Part shown: positions 20,226-22,575 of the stretch, piece after piece
How the letters are laid out: each line of letters opens with the position of its first letter
Position numbering within the stretch: position 1 is the first letter of the stretch
Assembly (NCBI GenBank): GCA_002189035.1
Contig: NEEC01000483.1
Span: 1-22,575, forward strand
Length of the DNA stretch: 22,575 nt
Direction: 5' to 3'
DNA from: Utricularia gibba
Lineage: Eukaryota > Plantae > Magnoliophyta
The notes under the pieces: model-generated
The model's input: only the letters and a program-made list of their open reading frames with translations
Told to the model about the DNA's origin: nothing
The model's database searches: none
Translations under genes and position numbers: made by a program

Positions 20226-22575
<2,350 letters not shown>

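Overview
Part of a land-plant (probably angiosperm) 35S/45S rDNA array, transcribed on the minus strand. It holds the 3' ~2.35 kb of a 25S rRNA gene (22575->20226), a complete ~19.2-kb intergenic spacer (20225->988) and the 5' ~1 kb of the next 18S rRNA gene (987->1). No protein-coding gene is supportable; all ORFs are by-products of GC-rich repeats or antisense rRNA. About 17 kb of the spacer is a nested tandem array of ~21 units of ~830 bp. Each unit carries (i) two tandem ~133-bp modules with a Pol I initiation-like motif (TTCTTGAGGGGG, facing 18S), (ii) one inverted copy of that core facing the other way, and (iii) 8-9 GC-rich ~52-bp monomers built on the palindrome CATGCTCGAGCATG. Single-base indels at invariant rRNA positions suggest an unpolished long-read sequence, so fine-scale variation and unit count need confirmation. 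Promoter and terminator calls are inferred from motif and position only.
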